Below, in pieces: positions 10,176-20,485 of a stretch of 64,000 nt of DNA. The notes below the pieces were generated by a model. It did not search any database. It was not told the DNA's origin and saw only the letters and a program-made list of their open reading frames with translations. The position numbers were made by a program, and so were the translations under genes. The stretch comes from an uncultured Gemmatimonadaceae bacterium (GTDB taxonomy: Bacteria > Gemmatimonadota > Gemmatimonadetes > Gemmatimonadales > Gemmatimonadaceae), in NCBI GenBank assembly GCA_963817955.1, contig CAWFQK010000002.1:1088001-1152000 (forward strand), read 5' to 3'. The first letter of the stretch is position 1; each line of letters starts with the position of its first letter.

Positions 10176-11237
10176 ATGCCTCCTCGTCGGCGTAAGAGAC
10201 TGGACCCGGCCGCGTTCGGCTTGCCGGTCGAACAGGTACAGAACGGCTTCTATTCCGACGCGTATTTCGTGCGCGCTCGAGAGATCGTGCGGCAGGCCGG
10301 ACAGTCGCCGAAGGTGCTGATGCAGTTCACCGGGAAGAACGAAGCATGGCTGGGCGGTATCGACGAGGTGATCGCCATTCTGAAGCTGTGCAGCGAGGAC
10401 TGGAGCGCGCTCGCCGTGCATGCGCTATACGAGGGCGATCGCTGCGAGAGCTGGGACACGGTGTTGACAGTCGAAGGTCCATATGAGGCATTCGGGCATC
10501 TCGAGACGCCCTGCCTCGGCACGCTGAGCCGGCGCACGCGGATCTGCACGAATGCAAAGCGGATATGTCAAGCCGCGCGATCCAAGCCGGTGATACTCTT
10601 CGGCGCCCACGACGACGTCTACTGCACGCAGGTCGGCGACGGCTACAGCGCGATGGTCGGCGGCGTGAAAATGGTGTCCACTGAGGCGCAGGCGTCGACG
10701 TTCGGCGGCCGCGCCGTGGGCACCATTCCGCATGGCCTGATTGCGGCATACGATGGCGACACGGTGAAGGCAACGAAGCGCTTCTGCGAGACGATCCAGG
10801 AGGTAGATGTCATTGCGCTCGTGGACTACGACAACGACTGCGTGAGGACGAGCCTCGAAGTCGCGCGCGCCATTGAAGACCGGCTGTGGGCCGTGTGTCT
10901 CGACACCGCTGAGAACATGGTAGACCAGTCGGTGTTGCCGCAGATGGGATCGTTCAGGCCGACGGGCGTCAACGAACATCTGGTGTGGAACGTCCGCAAT
11001 GCGCTCGATGCGGAGGGTTTCGGGGCTGTGAAGCTCATCGTCTCCGGCGGGTTCGACGCGGCGCGGATCAACGCCTTCGAGGAGAACGGCGTTCCCGTCG
11101 ATGCGTACGGAGTGGGTGCAGCGATGATGGAGGGCCGCTACGACTTTTCGGCGGACATCGTGCAGGTCAACGGCAAAGCGCAGGCGAGAGCCGGCCGAAC
11201 GCTCCGCGATAATCCGCGGCTGGAACGCGTGAAGTAA
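10176..11237 (+). CDS. Nicotinate/quinolinate phosphoribosyltransferase-family protein
   Basis: YSDAYF, GTIPHGLIA, ALVDYDND, LIVSGGF, VDAYGVG motifs of type II PRTases. Confidence 0.82.
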   Translation: MPPRRRKRLDPAAFGLPVEQVQNGFYSDAYFVRAREIVRQAGQSPKVLMQFTGKNEAWLGGIDEVIAILKLCSEDWSALAVHALYEGDRCESWDTVLTVEGPYEAFGHLETPCLGTLSRRTRICTNAKRICQAARSKPVILFGAHDDVYCTQVGDGYSAMVGGVKMVSTEAQASTFGGRAVGTIPHGLIAAYDGDTVKATKRFCETIQEVDVIALVDYDNDCVRTSLEVARAIEDRLWAVCLDTAENMVDQSVLPQMGSFRPTGVNEHLVWNVRNALDAEGFGAVKLIVSGGFDAARINAFEENGVPVDAYGVGAAMMEGRYDFSADIVQVNGKAQARAGRTLRDNPRLERVK

Positions 11238-11635
11238 TGGCTGGGGGCCCCAAGCTCGATGGCGCCGGAATTGCCAAGCTGAAGACGCTGGATGAGGCGA
11301 TGCTCCTGCTGCAGCGAGTCCATGCCCTGGTTGAGCAGTACGCGCTGGCGATGAAGCGCAATCAGCCAGGCGGACCACTCGTTCAGACGATTCGTCGTAC
11401 GCTTCCCTCCCTCTCGGAGAATCTCAAGAACCAGTTCGGAACAATTTCCGAGCTCGTGATGTCTGTAAATCTGGCGGCAACTCGCGGCGCCAGCGAAGCC
11501 GTTCGGGTCCGTACGTTGCGTGAAGGCGTCGCACAGATCAAACAGGCGCTGGAGATCGCGATGAAGCAGACAAGAGACAGGCATACGTCCAAAGATGATC
11601 GAGGCCAAGCCCCAAAGGATCAAGGCGCATCGTAA
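11237..11635 (+). CDS. Hypothetical alpha-helical protein
   Basis: 132 aa ORF whose ATG overlaps the upstream stop (TAATG). Confidence 0.75.
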   Translation: MAGGPKLDGAGIAKLKTLDEAMLLLQRVHALVEQYALAMKRNQPGGPLVQTIRRTLPSLSENLKNQFGTISELVMSVNLAATRGASEAVRVRTLREGVAQIKQALEIAMKQTRDRHTSKDDRGQAPKDQGAS

Positions 11636-11640
11636 CTCAA

Positions 11641-11703
11641 TGTAGGACAAGCTCCTACATCTGGGCTTCCTCGCTTGCTTTGATCGTCTGGTGCCGATAT
11701 GCT
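11641..11703 (+). promoter_or_regulatory. Putative sigma70-type promoter of the cox operon with an upstream palindrome
   Basis: TTGCTT (11675-80), 17 nt, TATGCT (11698-703); palindrome TGTAGGA-caagc-TCCTACA at 11641-59. Confidence 0.5.
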
Positions 11704-11779
11704 CTCAGGTGACCTGTCGGTTTATTGCCTACGACGTGTAAGGATTTCACGCAAACGAACGACGGTTCAAGGACCTAAC

Positions 11780-13009
11780 ATGCACGTTCCTACCCGCCTG
11801 CGCTGGCCGGGTATCCGCAACGCGAGTGCGGTCGCATTGACGATTGGCCTGGCCATTTTCCTGGCCGCCTGTGGTCAGAACCACCCCAACTCGATCTTCC
11901 ACAGACGCACGGAGATCAATCGGGACGTCGATCATCTTTTCCAGATTCTGATCTGGGCGGGAACGGCGGTGTTCGTTCTCGTCGAGGCGATTCTGGTCCT
12001 GACGCTCATTCGGTTTCGCAGGCGCCCCGGACAGCCCGAACCGAAGCACGTACACGGGAACACCACCCTCGAGATCACATGGACGGTCATTCCGCTCCTG
12101 ATCTTGATTATGATCGCGATTCCCACCATTCGAACCATCTTCAAGAGTCAGACGAAGGCGAGCGCCAACGCACTGCAAGTCGAAGTGATCGGCCATCAGT
12201 GGTGGTGGGAATTCCGCTACCCGCAGTACCAGATCGTCACGGCGAACGAGTTGTATCTGCCGATCGGCCGGACGGTGAACTTCACGCTCAAGACGCAAGA
12301 CGTCATTCACTCGTTCTGGGTGCCGTCGCTCGCGGGCAAGCGCGATGTCGTGTCGAACCACGTGAACTATCTGTGGTACACTCCAGACTCGACGACCGCG
12401 AACGTGTTCAATGGATCCTGTGCCGAGTATTGCGGCACGAGCCACGCGAACATGCGCTTCAAAGTGTTCACGGTGGCGGCAGCCGACTTCGAGAGCTGGG
12501 CCAAGCATCAGCAGGAACCCGCGGTCGGCAGTCCGAGCGGCACTGACACGACGACGCGAGCCGCTCCGGCGCCGGTGACGCAGGCCGGCTTTCTCTCCTT
12601 CCCGAAAGAGCAGATCCCGGGCTACGCCGTGCCGCAGACGCCGCTGCCGCCGTCACTCGCCTTCAACGACAACTTGACGGGCGACCCGGCAAGCGGCGCG
12701 AAACTCATTGTCGGCGCCGGCGGCTGCCTCGCCTGCCATTCCATCAAGGGCAATCCCATGATGGTCGGCGTCATCGGGCCGAATTTGACCCACATCGCAT
12801 CCCGGACGACGATCGGTGCGGGTCTCTACCCAAACGATGCCAGACACCTCGCCCGGTGGATCAAGAACGCGCCAGTCATGAAGGCGGGAATTCTGATGCC
12901 GTCGCTCGGCGCCAACCAATATGACCCTGTACGCAAGATGACGATGCGGCCCGGTCTCAGCGACCAGCAGATCGCCGACATCGTGGCATACCTGCAGACG
13001 CTGAAGTAA
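11780..13009 (+). CDS. coxB: Cytochrome c oxidase subunit II with C-terminal cytochrome c (caa3 type)
   Basis: Lipobox LAAC; GHQWWWEF; CuA ligands DVIHSF and CAEYCGTSHANM; heme c motif CLACH. Confidence 0.97.
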   Translation: MHVPTRLRWPGIRNASAVALTIGLAIFLAACGQNHPNSIFHRRTEINRDVDHLFQILIWAGTAVFVLVEAILVLTLIRFRRRPGQPEPKHVHGNTTLEITWTVIPLLILIMIAIPTIRTIFKSQTKASANALQVEVIGHQWWWEFRYPQYQIVTANELYLPIGRTVNFTLKTQDVIHSFWVPSLAGKRDVVSNHVNYLWYTPDSTTANVFNGSCAEYCGTSHANMRFKVFTVAAADFESWAKHQQEPAVGSPSGTDTTTRAAPAPVTQAGFLSFPKEQIPGYAVPQTPLPPSLAFNDNLTGDPASGAKLIVGAGGCLACHSIKGNPMMVGVIGPNLTHIASRTTIGAGLYPNDARHLARWIKNAPVMKAGILMPSLGANQYDPVRKMTMRPGLSDQQIADIVAYLQTLK

Positions 13010-13037
13010 CGAACCGCTGAATCGGAGACACAGACGA

Positions 13038-15035
13038 ATGGCAACCGCCGCCGTCAGCCCATCGTATGCTCATGCCGGCATGCATCAGCCCAGTGGGCTC
13101 TGGAGTTGGCTCACGACCGTCGACCATAAGCGCATCGGCGTGCTCTATCTGTTCACGGCGCTGACGTGGTTCCTGGTCGGTGGGATCGAAGCGATCATCA
13201 TGCGGGCGCAGCTCCAGGGACCGAACGGTCGCGTGGTCTCGCCCGAGACATTCAACATGTTGTTCACGATGCACGGCACGACGATGATCTTTCTCGTCGT
13301 CATGCCGTTGTCGGCCGCGTTTTTCAACTTTCTCATCCCGCTGCAGATCGGCGCCCGCGACGTCGCGTTCCCGCGACTCAACGCCTTCAGTTATTGGGTG
13401 TACCTGTTCGGTTCACTCTTCATGAACTCGTCGTGGCTCATCGGCGCGGCGCCCAACGACGGTTGGTTCGGCTATGCACCGCTCACGACGCTCGCCTACT
13501 CGCAGGGCCTGAACATCGACTTCTGGATGCTCGGCCTGCAGATCCTCGGCGTGTCGTCGCTCGCGGCGGCGTTCAATTTCATCACCACGATCATCAACAT
13601 GCGCGCACCGGGGATGAACCTCATGCGCATGCCGATGTTCACGTGGATGGCGTTCATTGTGCAGTTCCTCCTCGTGCTGGCGTTCCCGGTCATCACGGTC
13701 GCACTCGTGTTTCTCCAGTTCGACCGCTTCTTCGGCACGAACTTCTACACGATGACCGCGGGGGCCGACCCACTGCTCTGGCAGCACCTGTTCTGGATCT
13801 TCGGCCACCCCGAGGTCTACATCCTCATCCTGCCGGCATTCGGGCTCGTGTCGGAGATCCTGCCGACCTTCTCGCGCAAACCGATCTTCGGGTATCCGGT
13901 CATGGTGTATTCGGGGATTCTCATTGCCTTTCTCGGCTTCGGCGTGTGGGCGCACCACATGTTCGCCGTCGGCATGGGCCCGATCGCCGACTCGGTGTTC
14001 TCCGTGACCACCATGCTCATCGCGATCCCGACCGGTGTGAAGATCTTCAACTGGATCTTCACCATGTGGGGCGGCACGTTGCGCTTCACCGTGGCGATGA
14101 AGTTCGCGATCTCGCTCGTCGCACTCTTCACGATCGGCGGCATCTCCGGCGTGATGCACGCGTCACCGCCGGCCGACTTGCAGCAGACCGACACCTACTT
14201 CGTCGTCGCGCATTTCCACTACGTGCTCGTCGCCGGTTCGCTGATGGGTCTCTGGGGCGGCATCTACTATTACTTCCCGAAGATCACGGGTCGCCTGCTG
14301 AGCGAGAAGATCGGCAACTGGCACTTCTGGCTCACCTTCATTGGCGTCAATCTCACGTTCATGCCGATGCACTGGTCGGGTCTGTACGGCATGCCGCGCC
14401 GCATCTACACCTACGACGCGGGCCAGGGCTGGGGGATGTTCAACCTGATGAGCTCCCTCGGCGCGTACCTCCAGGGACTCGCCGGGATCGTGTTCGCGTA
14501 CAACATCTTCCGTAGCCGCAAGCACGGCGAGATCGCCGGCAACGATCCGTGGGGCGCTCCGAGCCTCGAGTGGTCGACCACGTCGCCGCCGCCAGACTAC
14601 AACTTCGCCGTGATCCCGACCGTGACTTCGCGGTATCCGCTCTGGGACGTGAAGTCGCCGGAGCTGACGGCCGACGTGCCGCATAGCCGGCACGGAGATG
14701 AGCGCAGCGAGATCTCCCTGGGCGGCAAGAAGGTGGCAGAGTTCCACGATCACATGAGTGCCGGTACGCCGGAAGGCGGACGCAACCCGGGCGCGGTGCA
14801 ACCACCGACCAAGCTGTCACAGAAGACGGCGGAAGAACTCGGCATTCCAATGCCCTATTCCACGATCAAGCCATTGTTCGTCGCACTGTTCATGGTGTTG
14901 ATGTTCGGAAGCCTGTTGCTCATTCACAAAGACAAGACGACGCTCGCGATTGGCGGCGTCCTCGTCTTCGCCACCATGATGACGACCTCTCTTTACGCCT
15001 GGCTGACAGCGCCGCTCGAACCGCAGCACCACTAG
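13038..15035 (+). CDS. ctaD: Cytochrome c oxidase subunit I (type A1) with C-terminal two-helix extension
   Basis: TVDHKRIG, FTMHGT, WIFGHPEVY, VWAHHMF, VAHFHYV, GMPRR. Confidence 0.98.
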   Translation: MATAAVSPSYAHAGMHQPSGLWSWLTTVDHKRIGVLYLFTALTWFLVGGIEAIIMRAQLQGPNGRVVSPETFNMLFTMHGTTMIFLVVMPLSAAFFNFLIPLQIGARDVAFPRLNAFSYWVYLFGSLFMNSSWLIGAAPNDGWFGYAPLTTLAYSQGLNIDFWMLGLQILGVSSLAAAFNFITTIINMRAPGMNLMRMPMFTWMAFIVQFLLVLAFPVITVALVFLQFDRFFGTNFYTMTAGADPLLWQHLFWIFGHPEVYILILPAFGLVSEILPTFSRKPIFGYPVMVYSGILIAFLGFGVWAHHMFAVGMGPIADSVFSVTTMLIAIPTGVKIFNWIFTMWGGTLRFTVAMKFAISLVALFTIGGISGVMHASPPADLQQTDTYFVVAHFHYVLVAGSLMGLWGGIYYYFPKITGRLLSEKIGNWHFWLTFIGVNLTFMPMHWSGLYGMPRRIYTYDAGQGWGMFNLMSSLGAYLQGLAGIVFAYNIFRSRKHGEIAGNDPWGAPSLEWSTTSPPPDYNFAVIPTVTSRYPLWDVKSPELTADVPHSRHGDERSEISLGGKKVAEFHDHMSAGTPEGGRNPGAVQPPTKLSQKTAEELGIPMPYSTIKPLFVALFMVLMFGSLLLIHKDKTTLAIGGVLVFATMMTTSLYAWLTAPLEPQHH

Positions 15036-15049
15036 CAACGGCAATCAAC

Positions 15050-15703
15050 ATGGCTACCGCAGTGGCATCCCACGCGCATCCCCCGACCAGTACGGGTCTC
15101 GATCACCGCAAGATCGGAATCTGGGCGTTCATCGGGTCGGAGTGCATGCTGTTCGCGTCGCTCATCTCGACCTATCTGATCTACAAGGGACGCAGCGTCG
15201 TCGGGCCATTCCCGCACGAGGCGTGCGATCCACCGAAATGCGCGACGCACCTCAATGCCATCCTCAACATCCCGGTCACATCCATCTCGACGTTCGTGCT
15301 CCTCATGTCGTCGCTCACCATGGTACTCGCGCTCGCGGCGGTGGAGAACAAAGGCAAGCCGGGCTACGAAGGCATCAAAGGCTCGTCCAAGCTCTGGCTG
15401 TTGGCGACGGCGCTCCTCGGCACCACGTTCCTCGGCTTTCAAGCGTTCGAGTTTACGTCATTCGTCCATGAGGGACTGACCCTCAGGACCAACCTCTTCG
15501 GCTCGTCGTTCTTCACACTGACCGGGTTCCACGGAGCCCACGTTACGGTGGGCGTCCTCTGGCTGGTGACCCTGTTGGCGATCGACATCAAACGCGGGCT
15601 CGGTCCAAAGGATGCATTGATCGTCGACATTTCCGCGCTGTATTGGCACTTCGTCGACGTCATCTGGATCGCGATCTTCACGCTGGTGTATCTCATCAAG
15701 TAG
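15050..15703 (+). CDS. ctaE: Cytochrome c oxidase subunit III
   Basis: WAFIGSE, FFTLTGFHGAHV, LYWHFVD. Confidence 0.96.
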   Translation: MATAVASHAHPPTSTGLDHRKIGIWAFIGSECMLFASLISTYLIYKGRSVVGPFPHEACDPPKCATHLNAILNIPVTSISTFVLLMSSLTMVLALAAVENKGKPGYEGIKGSSKLWLLATALLGTTFLGFQAFEFTSFVHEGLTLRTNLFGSSFFTLTGFHGAHVTVGVLWLVTLLAIDIKRGLGPKDALIVDISALYWHFVDVIWIAIFTLVYLIK

Positions 15704-15721
15704 CAGCCGGAGCCGACGACC

Positions 15722-16069
15722 ATGGCTGATCAGGATTTCACGCACACGAATCCCGCGATCGACGTGCACGCAATGGGCGAGATGCACGAGCACCCCACGT
15801 GGCGCGAGTACAGATGGGTGGCGCTCGTCCTCGCTCTCATCACGGTCTTCGAAGTCTGGGTGTACTACACGCCGTTCAACGCTTCACGGTGGTTCGTGCC
15901 GGTGCTGTTGGTCATGTCGGCAATGAAGTTCTCGATCGTCGTCCTCTTCTACATGCACCTGAAGTACGACCATAAAGTGTTCAGGGCCCTGTTCACCGGA
16001 CCGCTGATGATCGCGATCTCCACCGTCATTGCGCTGTTCTTCCTCCTGGCGAAGATCGCGGGGCGGTAA
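15722..16069 (+). CDS. Cytochrome c oxidase subunit IV
   Basis: Three TM helices, KF..VVLFYMHLKYD, operon position. Confidence 0.9.
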   Translation: MADQDFTHTNPAIDVHAMGEMHEHPTWREYRWVALVLALITVFEVWVYYTPFNASRWFVPVLLVMSAMKFSIVVLFYMHLKYDHKVFRALFTGPLMIAISTVIALFFLLAKIAGR

Positions 16070-16071
16070 GA

Positions 16072-16965
16072 ATGGTGTCCCTCGCGCTGCTGCACACCGG
16101 TGCGCGGCTGAGCCCGACCACTTTCACGGTTCATTCGAGCACCGTCGTCGGCATTGCCGGCTTGGCCGCGTTGTACGAATGGGCAGCGCGCCACGAGTGG
16201 CAAACGGTCACCGGCGACGAATCGGGCCATGCGCCTCACTCGACACGCACCGCCCAACCGTCTACCGGGCAGCGCGCCTGTTACTATGGCGCGCTCGTCA
16301 CGATGTTCTTCACACTGAACGGCTGGCTGCACGATCTCAGCGATTCCTACCTGTTCAGCGCGCATATGCTCCAGCACCTGTTGCTGAGTCTCGCCATCGC
16401 GCCACTGATGGTCATGGGCACTCCCGGCGGCATGTTGCGGCCAGCGCTCTCGGTGCGCGGCGTGCGCGCCGTCGCTGCATGGCTGACCAAGCCAATGCAC
16501 TCTTTCGCAATCTTCATCGTCGTCATGGCGGCTTGGCATCTGCCGCCTCTGTACAACTATGCCCTGGCGCACCATCCCGTGCACATTCTGCAGCACCTGA
16601 TGTTCCTGGTCGCATCGGTGCTGATGTGGTGGCCGGTTCTCAGCCCGCTCCCGGAACTGCCACGGCTCAGCTACCCGGGACAAATGCTATACATGTTCCT
16701 GCTCACCATCCCGATGGCGATTGTGGCCGTATACATCACGTACGCCGATACCATCCTCTATCCGCTGTACGCCAGCGCGCCCCGTATCTGGGGGATCACC
16801 CCAATGAACGATCAGCTCATCGGCGGGCTCATCATGTGGATTCCTGGCGGGTTGTACTTCTACACCATCATTTCGATCGTCTTCTTCCGGTGGCAGCAAC
16901 GAGACGGGGTCGAAACACAAGCCGGCGCGCAAGTGGATTGGCGGATCGAGGAAGGGGCCGTCTGA
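16072..16965 (+). CDS. ctaG: Cytochrome c oxidase assembly factor (caa3 CtaG family)
   Basis: YLFSAHMLQHL, WHLPPLY, HILQH, DQLIGGLIMWIPGG. Confidence 0.92.
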   Translation: MVSLALLHTGARLSPTTFTVHSSTVVGIAGLAALYEWAARHEWQTVTGDESGHAPHSTRTAQPSTGQRACYYGALVTMFFTLNGWLHDLSDSYLFSAHMLQHLLLSLAIAPLMVMGTPGGMLRPALSVRGVRAVAAWLTKPMHSFAIFIVVMAAWHLPPLYNYALAHHPVHILQHLMFLVASVLMWWPVLSPLPELPRLSYPGQMLYMFLLTIPMAIVAVYITYADTILYPLYASAPRIWGITPMNDQLIGGLIMWIPGGLYFYTIISIVFFRWQQRDGVETQAGAQVDWRIEEGAV

Positions 16966-16993
16966 GAGCAGCGCTTTCAGGGTGGCTACTCGG

Positions 16994-17074
16994 CGAGTGT
17001 CGAGTTGCCAGTGATGAGTTATGCGTTGCGCGTTTTTAAACACTCACAACTCACAACTCACAACTGGACACTCG
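16994..17074. repeat. Heptamer-repeat hairpin (CACAACT x3 arm with a degenerate inverted partner)
   Basis: Left arm CGAGTGTCGAGTTGCCAGTGATGAGTTATGCGTT pairs imperfectly with right arm CACTCACAACTCACAACTCACAACTGGACACTCG. Confidence 0.7.
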
Positions 17075-17251
17075 AACCTCGCCGACCGGCGATGGTGGCC
17101 GGCAAACCAGGCCCCCCGCGCGACTACTCTGCACGATTGATGAGATTTCCTCCGCGTTCCTCCGCGCGCTCTGCGGTGTGCTCGCACGGGCACCATCCGC
17201 GATCCGTCTGGAGAGGTAGCCACTACCACAAGCCTAGCTCATAGTAGTTCC

Positions 17252-17563
17252 ACGATCGCGACGGCGATGCTCGGCAACCTGCTCGGCAACCTGCTCGGCC
17301 AATGGATCGGCACCAAACGCCCCCTCATTGAGCGGCTCAACGGCATGTTCGCGGTCGGCGCGCTCGGCATGATGGGGGCATGATGGGAACTGGTCAATTA
17401 CCACGGCAAGGTCATGCCGCTCGAGGCCGTCAATTTTCAGTCGGTGTTCCGGACGTGGCTCGATCCGGTAAACGCGTCGCTCGCCTTCGCCCTCACGTTC
17501 GTTCTTGTTTGGTTCGGCGCCCTCTACGCGCTTTACCGCAAGGATATCTTTTTCAAGGTGTAG
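17252..17563 (+). pseudogene. Remnant of an HGSNAT/DUF5009-like membrane acyltransferase
   Basis: Fragments TIATAMLGNL(LGNL)LGQWIGTKRPLIERLNGMFAVGALGMM, then frameshift/stop, and C-terminus TWLDPVNASLAFALTFVLVWFGALYALYRKDIFFKV*; 12-bp internal duplication and large deletions. Confidence 0.7.
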
Positions 17564-17597
17564 TGCCTGGGTACCATAGTTGCCCGTTGATCATGAC

Positions 17598-19229
17598 ATG
17601 ACGCAGACTTTTTCCCGAGCGGGCTTCGCCGCCCAACTCACCATCGCAGCATTCGGCGCCGTACTCTTCGCCGTCCCAACTGCCGGGGCCGTGGCGCGCC
17701 CAAGACTCGAGGTTCGCGCCGAAACAACGGTTGCCGGACACGCACCCGGCAAAGCCGCCCGGACCTCGAAGAAGGCACAGCGCCGTCCGAAGAAAAGACC
17801 GCCAACCCAGGCACGGGCGGCTGCCGCCAGGAAACCGCCAGCGGGACCCGCGTGGAGCAGCCCGCGTGGCGCGGTTGCCCTGTCCAGCGCGGTGGGCGCG
17901 GCGCTGGCCGGCCACACCCGCAGCGGTGAGTGGGGAGCCATGATCGTATCGCTCACCCGCGGCGACACGCTATTCGAGCAGAATGCCGACACCATGATGC
18001 AGCCAGCGTCAACGATGAAGATGTACACGTCGGCGGTAGCGCTCGATCAATTCGGCCCCGATTACACCTTCCGAACGCCGGCATTACGCGACGCACCGGT
18101 AGGTACCGACGGCACGCTCGCCGGCAATCTCTATCTGCGGGGGGTCGGCGACCCGTCGATGAGCGCGCGCTTCTGGCACCAAGAAGAGCCGATGGACGTG
18201 TTGGCCAAAGCGATCGCCGCCGCCGGGATCAAGCACATTCGCGGCGACATCGTGGGCGATCCTTCGGCGTTTGATGAGAAGCTGGTGCCGGACGGATGGA
18301 AGACCAGCTACCTCGGCGCTGCCTACGCGGCACGTGTCTCGGCGCTGTCGCTCAACGAGAATCTCGTCTGGGTGGTGGTGAAGCCCGACGGTAACAAGGC
18401 GTCGGTCACGCTCGACCCCGCGACGACGGCCATTCCTCTCGAGAGCTCGGTGCGCGTCAGCGGTGGAGGGGGCGGCCAGATCAGCGCGTCGCGCCGCTCG
18501 GACGGCACGATTAGCGTACGCGGCTCCATCGGCTCACGTTCTGGGCCCTTGAAGTACTCATTGGTAGTCGACAACCCTGCGTTGTTCACGACCGGTGCGC
18601 TACGCGCCTCCCTGATGAAGGTCGGCGTCACGATAGACGGTCAAACGCGTCTCGGTGCGACACCGGAGAACGCCACACAAGTGGCGGCCGTTGCATCGCC
18701 GCCACTCGCCCAGATCATTGGCGAAATGGACCGCGAGAGCATCAACGTGTTCGCCGAGCTGTTGTTCCGCGCATCCGCGCACGCGGCGACGAATCGCGTC
18801 GGATCGGCCGAAACCGGACTCGCCAATCTACGCGACTTTATGTCCAAGAAGGTGGGGGCGCCGGGCACGATGGTGGACGTGATGGACGGCAGCGGTCTGT
18901 CTCAGCTCGATCACGTCACGCCGCGCTCGATGGTGGAACTGCTCGGGTACGTGCATCAGGCGCCATGGGGACCGGTGTTTCACGCCGCGTTGCCGGTCGA
19001 GGGCGAATCGGGCACACTCAAGCGCCACGGCAAGGGCGCTCCATCGCGCGGCAACCTGCATGCGAAAACCGGGACGACCAACACCGTCGCGGCACTTGGC
19101 GGTTATGTCACCGCCAAGAACGGCGAGGTGCTGGCCTTTTCGCTGATCTACAACGGCAGCGATCGATGGAACGCCAAAGCCGCGATGGACCAGATCGGCG
19201 CGACCATGGCGGAGTTCGTGAGAGAATAG
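17598..19229 (+). CDS. dacB: D-alanyl-D-alanine carboxypeptidase/endopeptidase (PBP4, S13)
   Basis: PASTMK (SxxK), ESIN (SxN), DGSGLS, HAKTGT. Confidence 0.95.
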   Translation: MTQTFSRAGFAAQLTIAAFGAVLFAVPTAGAVARPRLEVRAETTVAGHAPGKAARTSKKAQRRPKKRPPTQARAAAARKPPAGPAWSSPRGAVALSSAVGAALAGHTRSGEWGAMIVSLTRGDTLFEQNADTMMQPASTMKMYTSAVALDQFGPDYTFRTPALRDAPVGTDGTLAGNLYLRGVGDPSMSARFWHQEEPMDVLAKAIAAAGIKHIRGDIVGDPSAFDEKLVPDGWKTSYLGAAYAARVSALSLNENLVWVVVKPDGNKASVTLDPATTAIPLESSVRVSGGGGGQISASRRSDGTISVRGSIGSRSGPLKYSLVVDNPALFTTGALRASLMKVGVTIDGQTRLGATPENATQVAAVASPPLAQIIGEMDRESINVFAELLFRASAHAATNRVGSAETGLANLRDFMSKKVGAPGTMVDVMDGSGLSQLDHVTPRSMVELLGYVHQAPWGPVFHAALPVEGESGTLKRHGKGAPSRGNLHAKTGTTNTVAALGGYVTAKNGEVLAFSLIYNGSDRWNAKAAMDQIGATMAEFVRE

Positions 19230-19247
19230 AGACTCGGGTCCCGTCTC

Positions 19248-20384
19248 TTACGACTCCTTGATGTCGACTCCGCGCTTGCGCAGCTCATCGATATATCCCT
19301 GAGCGGGCACGCACTCGTCCGGGGTGTGCACGCCAAGGGGCTGCACTTGGCCGCGCACCTGCATCAGCCCGGTGATCGATAGCGAATACCCCGTCGTCCG
19401 CATCATCGCGCTGATCTCGTGCTGCTGGTCATAACAGTCGACCAACTCGAACGTCTTCTTCGCAGCCGCACCGTTCTTCTTGCCGCTCACGATCACGCGC
19501 AGCGCCACGAGGTCATGCCCTTTCGGCTTGTTCAGCTTCGGCATCACCGAGGCGATGAACGCGTCCCGCGGCACGATCATATGGCCCTTCACATCCACCG
19601 GCTTGAGATCGAGCAGGCCCATCTCCCGAACATCTTCCATGAGCCGGGCGTGCCCGGGATATCGAAGCGTCTTGTACTCCATCGTCGGGATCTTGCCTTC
19701 GTACGTGAACGCCATGGTGGACAACCCGCCCGCCGTATGAAACGCCTCGAGATCCGAAAAATCGAACTTCACCGGCTCGATCTCCGACAGCGCCTTCACC
19801 TGCGTGCGCTTGCCGTTTCGCAGCACCCACGACAGCGTGGTGTAGTAGTCGAGTGCACCCTCGAGCGAATACACCAGCATGTAGTTGAGCGGCGGCTCCG
19901 GATGTTGTGGCAGACCGCCAACAAAGATCTTCACGGAGTCGACGCTATCGAGTTGCCGGATCCCGTACTCAGCGAGAATGTTCACCATGCCGGGCGCCAA
20001 CCCGGAATCGGGCACCACGGTGATCTTCTTCCGCCGGGCTTCGGCGTCGAGCTCCTTCTGCTTGAACACGATCTCGGTATTGCCGCCGAGATCGCAAAAA
20101 TGAACGCCGGCCTCGACGGCAAGCCGCGCCATGTCGTAATTGAAGTAATATGGAATCGCGCTCATGACCGCATCACACTCGCGCATCACACCCAACACTG
20201 CGGCGTTGTCGCGAACGTCGAGCGGCGTCGGGAGCAGCCGCGGCCCGGAGTAGGGCGCCAGAAACTCAGGAATGTGTCCGACGTGAATATCGGCGAGACG
20301 TACCTCGGTAACGTCCTTATCCTGCAGCAGGTCGTAGGCACATGCCGAGCCTTGCAAACCCGCACCCAATACGAGCATCCGCAT
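19248..20384 (-). CDS. Saccharopine dehydrogenase / lysine 6-dehydrogenase family
   Basis: LVLGAG, DLGGN, GLAPG, EAFHTAGG, EYKTLRYPGH. Confidence 0.9.
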   Translation of the reverse strand: MRMLVLGAGLQGSACAYDLLQDKDVTEVRLADIHVGHIPEFLAPYSGPRLLPTPLDVRDNAAVLGVMRECDAVMSAIPYYFNYDMARLAVEAGVHFCDLGGNTEIVFKQKELDAEARRKKITVVPDSGLAPGMVNILAEYGIRQLDSVDSVKIFVGGLPQHPEPPLNYMLVYSLEGALDYYTTLSWVLRNGKRTQVKALSEIEPVKFDFSDLEAFHTAGGLSTMAFTYEGKIPTMEYKTLRYPGHARLMEDVREMGLLDLKPVDVKGHMIVPRDAFIASVMPKLNKPKGHDLVALRVIVSGKKNGAAAKKTFELVDCYDQQHEISAMMRTTGYSLSITGLMQVRGQVQPLGVHTPDECVPAQGYIDELRKRGVDIKES

Positions 20385-20485
20385 GCGGTCAGTCTCCGTG
20401 AGAGCGTGAAAGCTGTCGAAACCTACATGAGGCCGACTCAGCCGTCACCTGCGCGCGCGCAGGTTCCTCGTTCATTTCACCTGGC

